In this document: positions 63,619-64,000 of the stretch, one piece after another
Layout of the letters: each line of letters opens with the position of its first letter
Position numbering within the stretch: position 1 is the stretch's first letter
Assembly: GCF_016714285.1 (NCBI RefSeq)
Contig: NZ_JADJNN010000008.1
Coordinates: 196,669-260,668, forward strand
Origin: Nannocystis sp.
GTDB lineage: Bacteria; Myxococcota_A; Polyangia; Nannocystales; Nannocystaceae
Direction: 5' to 3'
DNA: 64,000 bases
Program-made: the position numbers and the translations under genes
The notes under the pieces: model-generated
What the model was told of the DNA's origin: nothing
Databases searched by the model: none
The model's input: only the letters and a program-made list of their open reading frames with translations

Positions 63619-64000
63619 TCAGAGCCCGGGCGCCGCGAAGGGCGCGAGGAACTCGGCGACGCGCCCGCGGATCGCGGCGCAGCGCGCTGGATCGCCGCCC
63701 GCCGCCGCGACCTCGATCGCGTCCGCGATCAGCTCGCCCACCGTGCCCATGTGTTCGGTGACGAGGCCGCGTGAGGTGATCGCCGCGAGGCCGACGCGCA
63801 GCCCCGAGGGATCGAAGGGCTTGCGGGGATCGAAGGGGATCGAGTTGGCGTTGAGCTCGATGCCGCAGCCGTTGAGCACGTGGGCGATCTTGCGGCCGCT
63901 GAGCTCGCGGGGGCTGAGGTCGACGAGCATCAGGTGATTGTCGGTGCCGCCGGTGACGAGGCGGAAGCCGCGGCCGATCAGGACCTCGGCGAGGGCGCGG
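63619..64000 (-). CDS. glyA: Serine hydroxymethyltransferase, C-terminal part (N-terminus beyond window)
   Basis: LVTGGTDNHLMLVDL...NANSIPFDP...SGLRVG conserved SHMT C-terminal blocks. Confidence 0.8.
   Translation of the reverse strand, partial: RALAEVLIGRGFRLVTGGTDNHLMLVDLSPRELSGRKIAHVLNGCGIELNANSIPFDPRKPFDPSGLRVGLAAITSRGLVTEHMGTVGELIADAIEVAAAGGDPARCAAIRGRVAEFLAPFAAPGL

Overview
64 kb window of very high-GC (about 70%+) DNA whose gene content is typical of Myxococcota: Myxococcus-type cysteine-rich repeat lipoproteins, DUF4388 proteins, a Ser/Thr kinase with TPR repeats, and many lipoproteins. About 45 genes are supported on both strands. All calls are by eye from sequence and ORF translations, with no database searches. 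The window contains (1) a sensor kinase / beta-eliminating lyase (tryptophanase or tyrosine phenol-lyase) / response regulator locus next to a TrpB2 tryptophan synthase; (2) a transporter, lipoprotein and tandem truncated-haemoglobin lipoprotein block; (3) a 4-gene plus-strand operon ending in a bacterial major vault protein (MVP) homolog; (4) an nSTAND-type NTPase with a TM helix and beta-propeller; (5) an OPT transporter, FNR and response-regulator-DUF4388 region; (6) a B12-rSAM/DUF2344 fusion, dnaJ-like gene and lipA; (7) a recQ / GIY-YIG / His-phosphatase operon; (8) a translationally coupled five-gene type-II PKS/FAS-like cassette (KS, CLF, hotdog dehydratase, FabG-like KR, flavin halogenase) that looks like a halogenated aryl-polyene (xanthomonadin-like) pathway core; and (9) the 3' end of glyA. 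Non-genic structure is rich: several 11-12 bp and 28 bp intergenic minisatellites, 50-75 bp tandem segmental duplications at gene ends and in a divergent promoter, a recurrent palindrome family (CCTGTCC-N4-GGACAGG and the GGACATGTCC variant) at convergent gene ends and also inside CDSs, a 20-nt poly-G run, and a roughly 740 bp G-rich low-complexity tract. At least five genes show apparent frameshifts at homopolymer or simple runs, so assembly indel errors or poly-G artefacts must be considered before calling pseudogenes.
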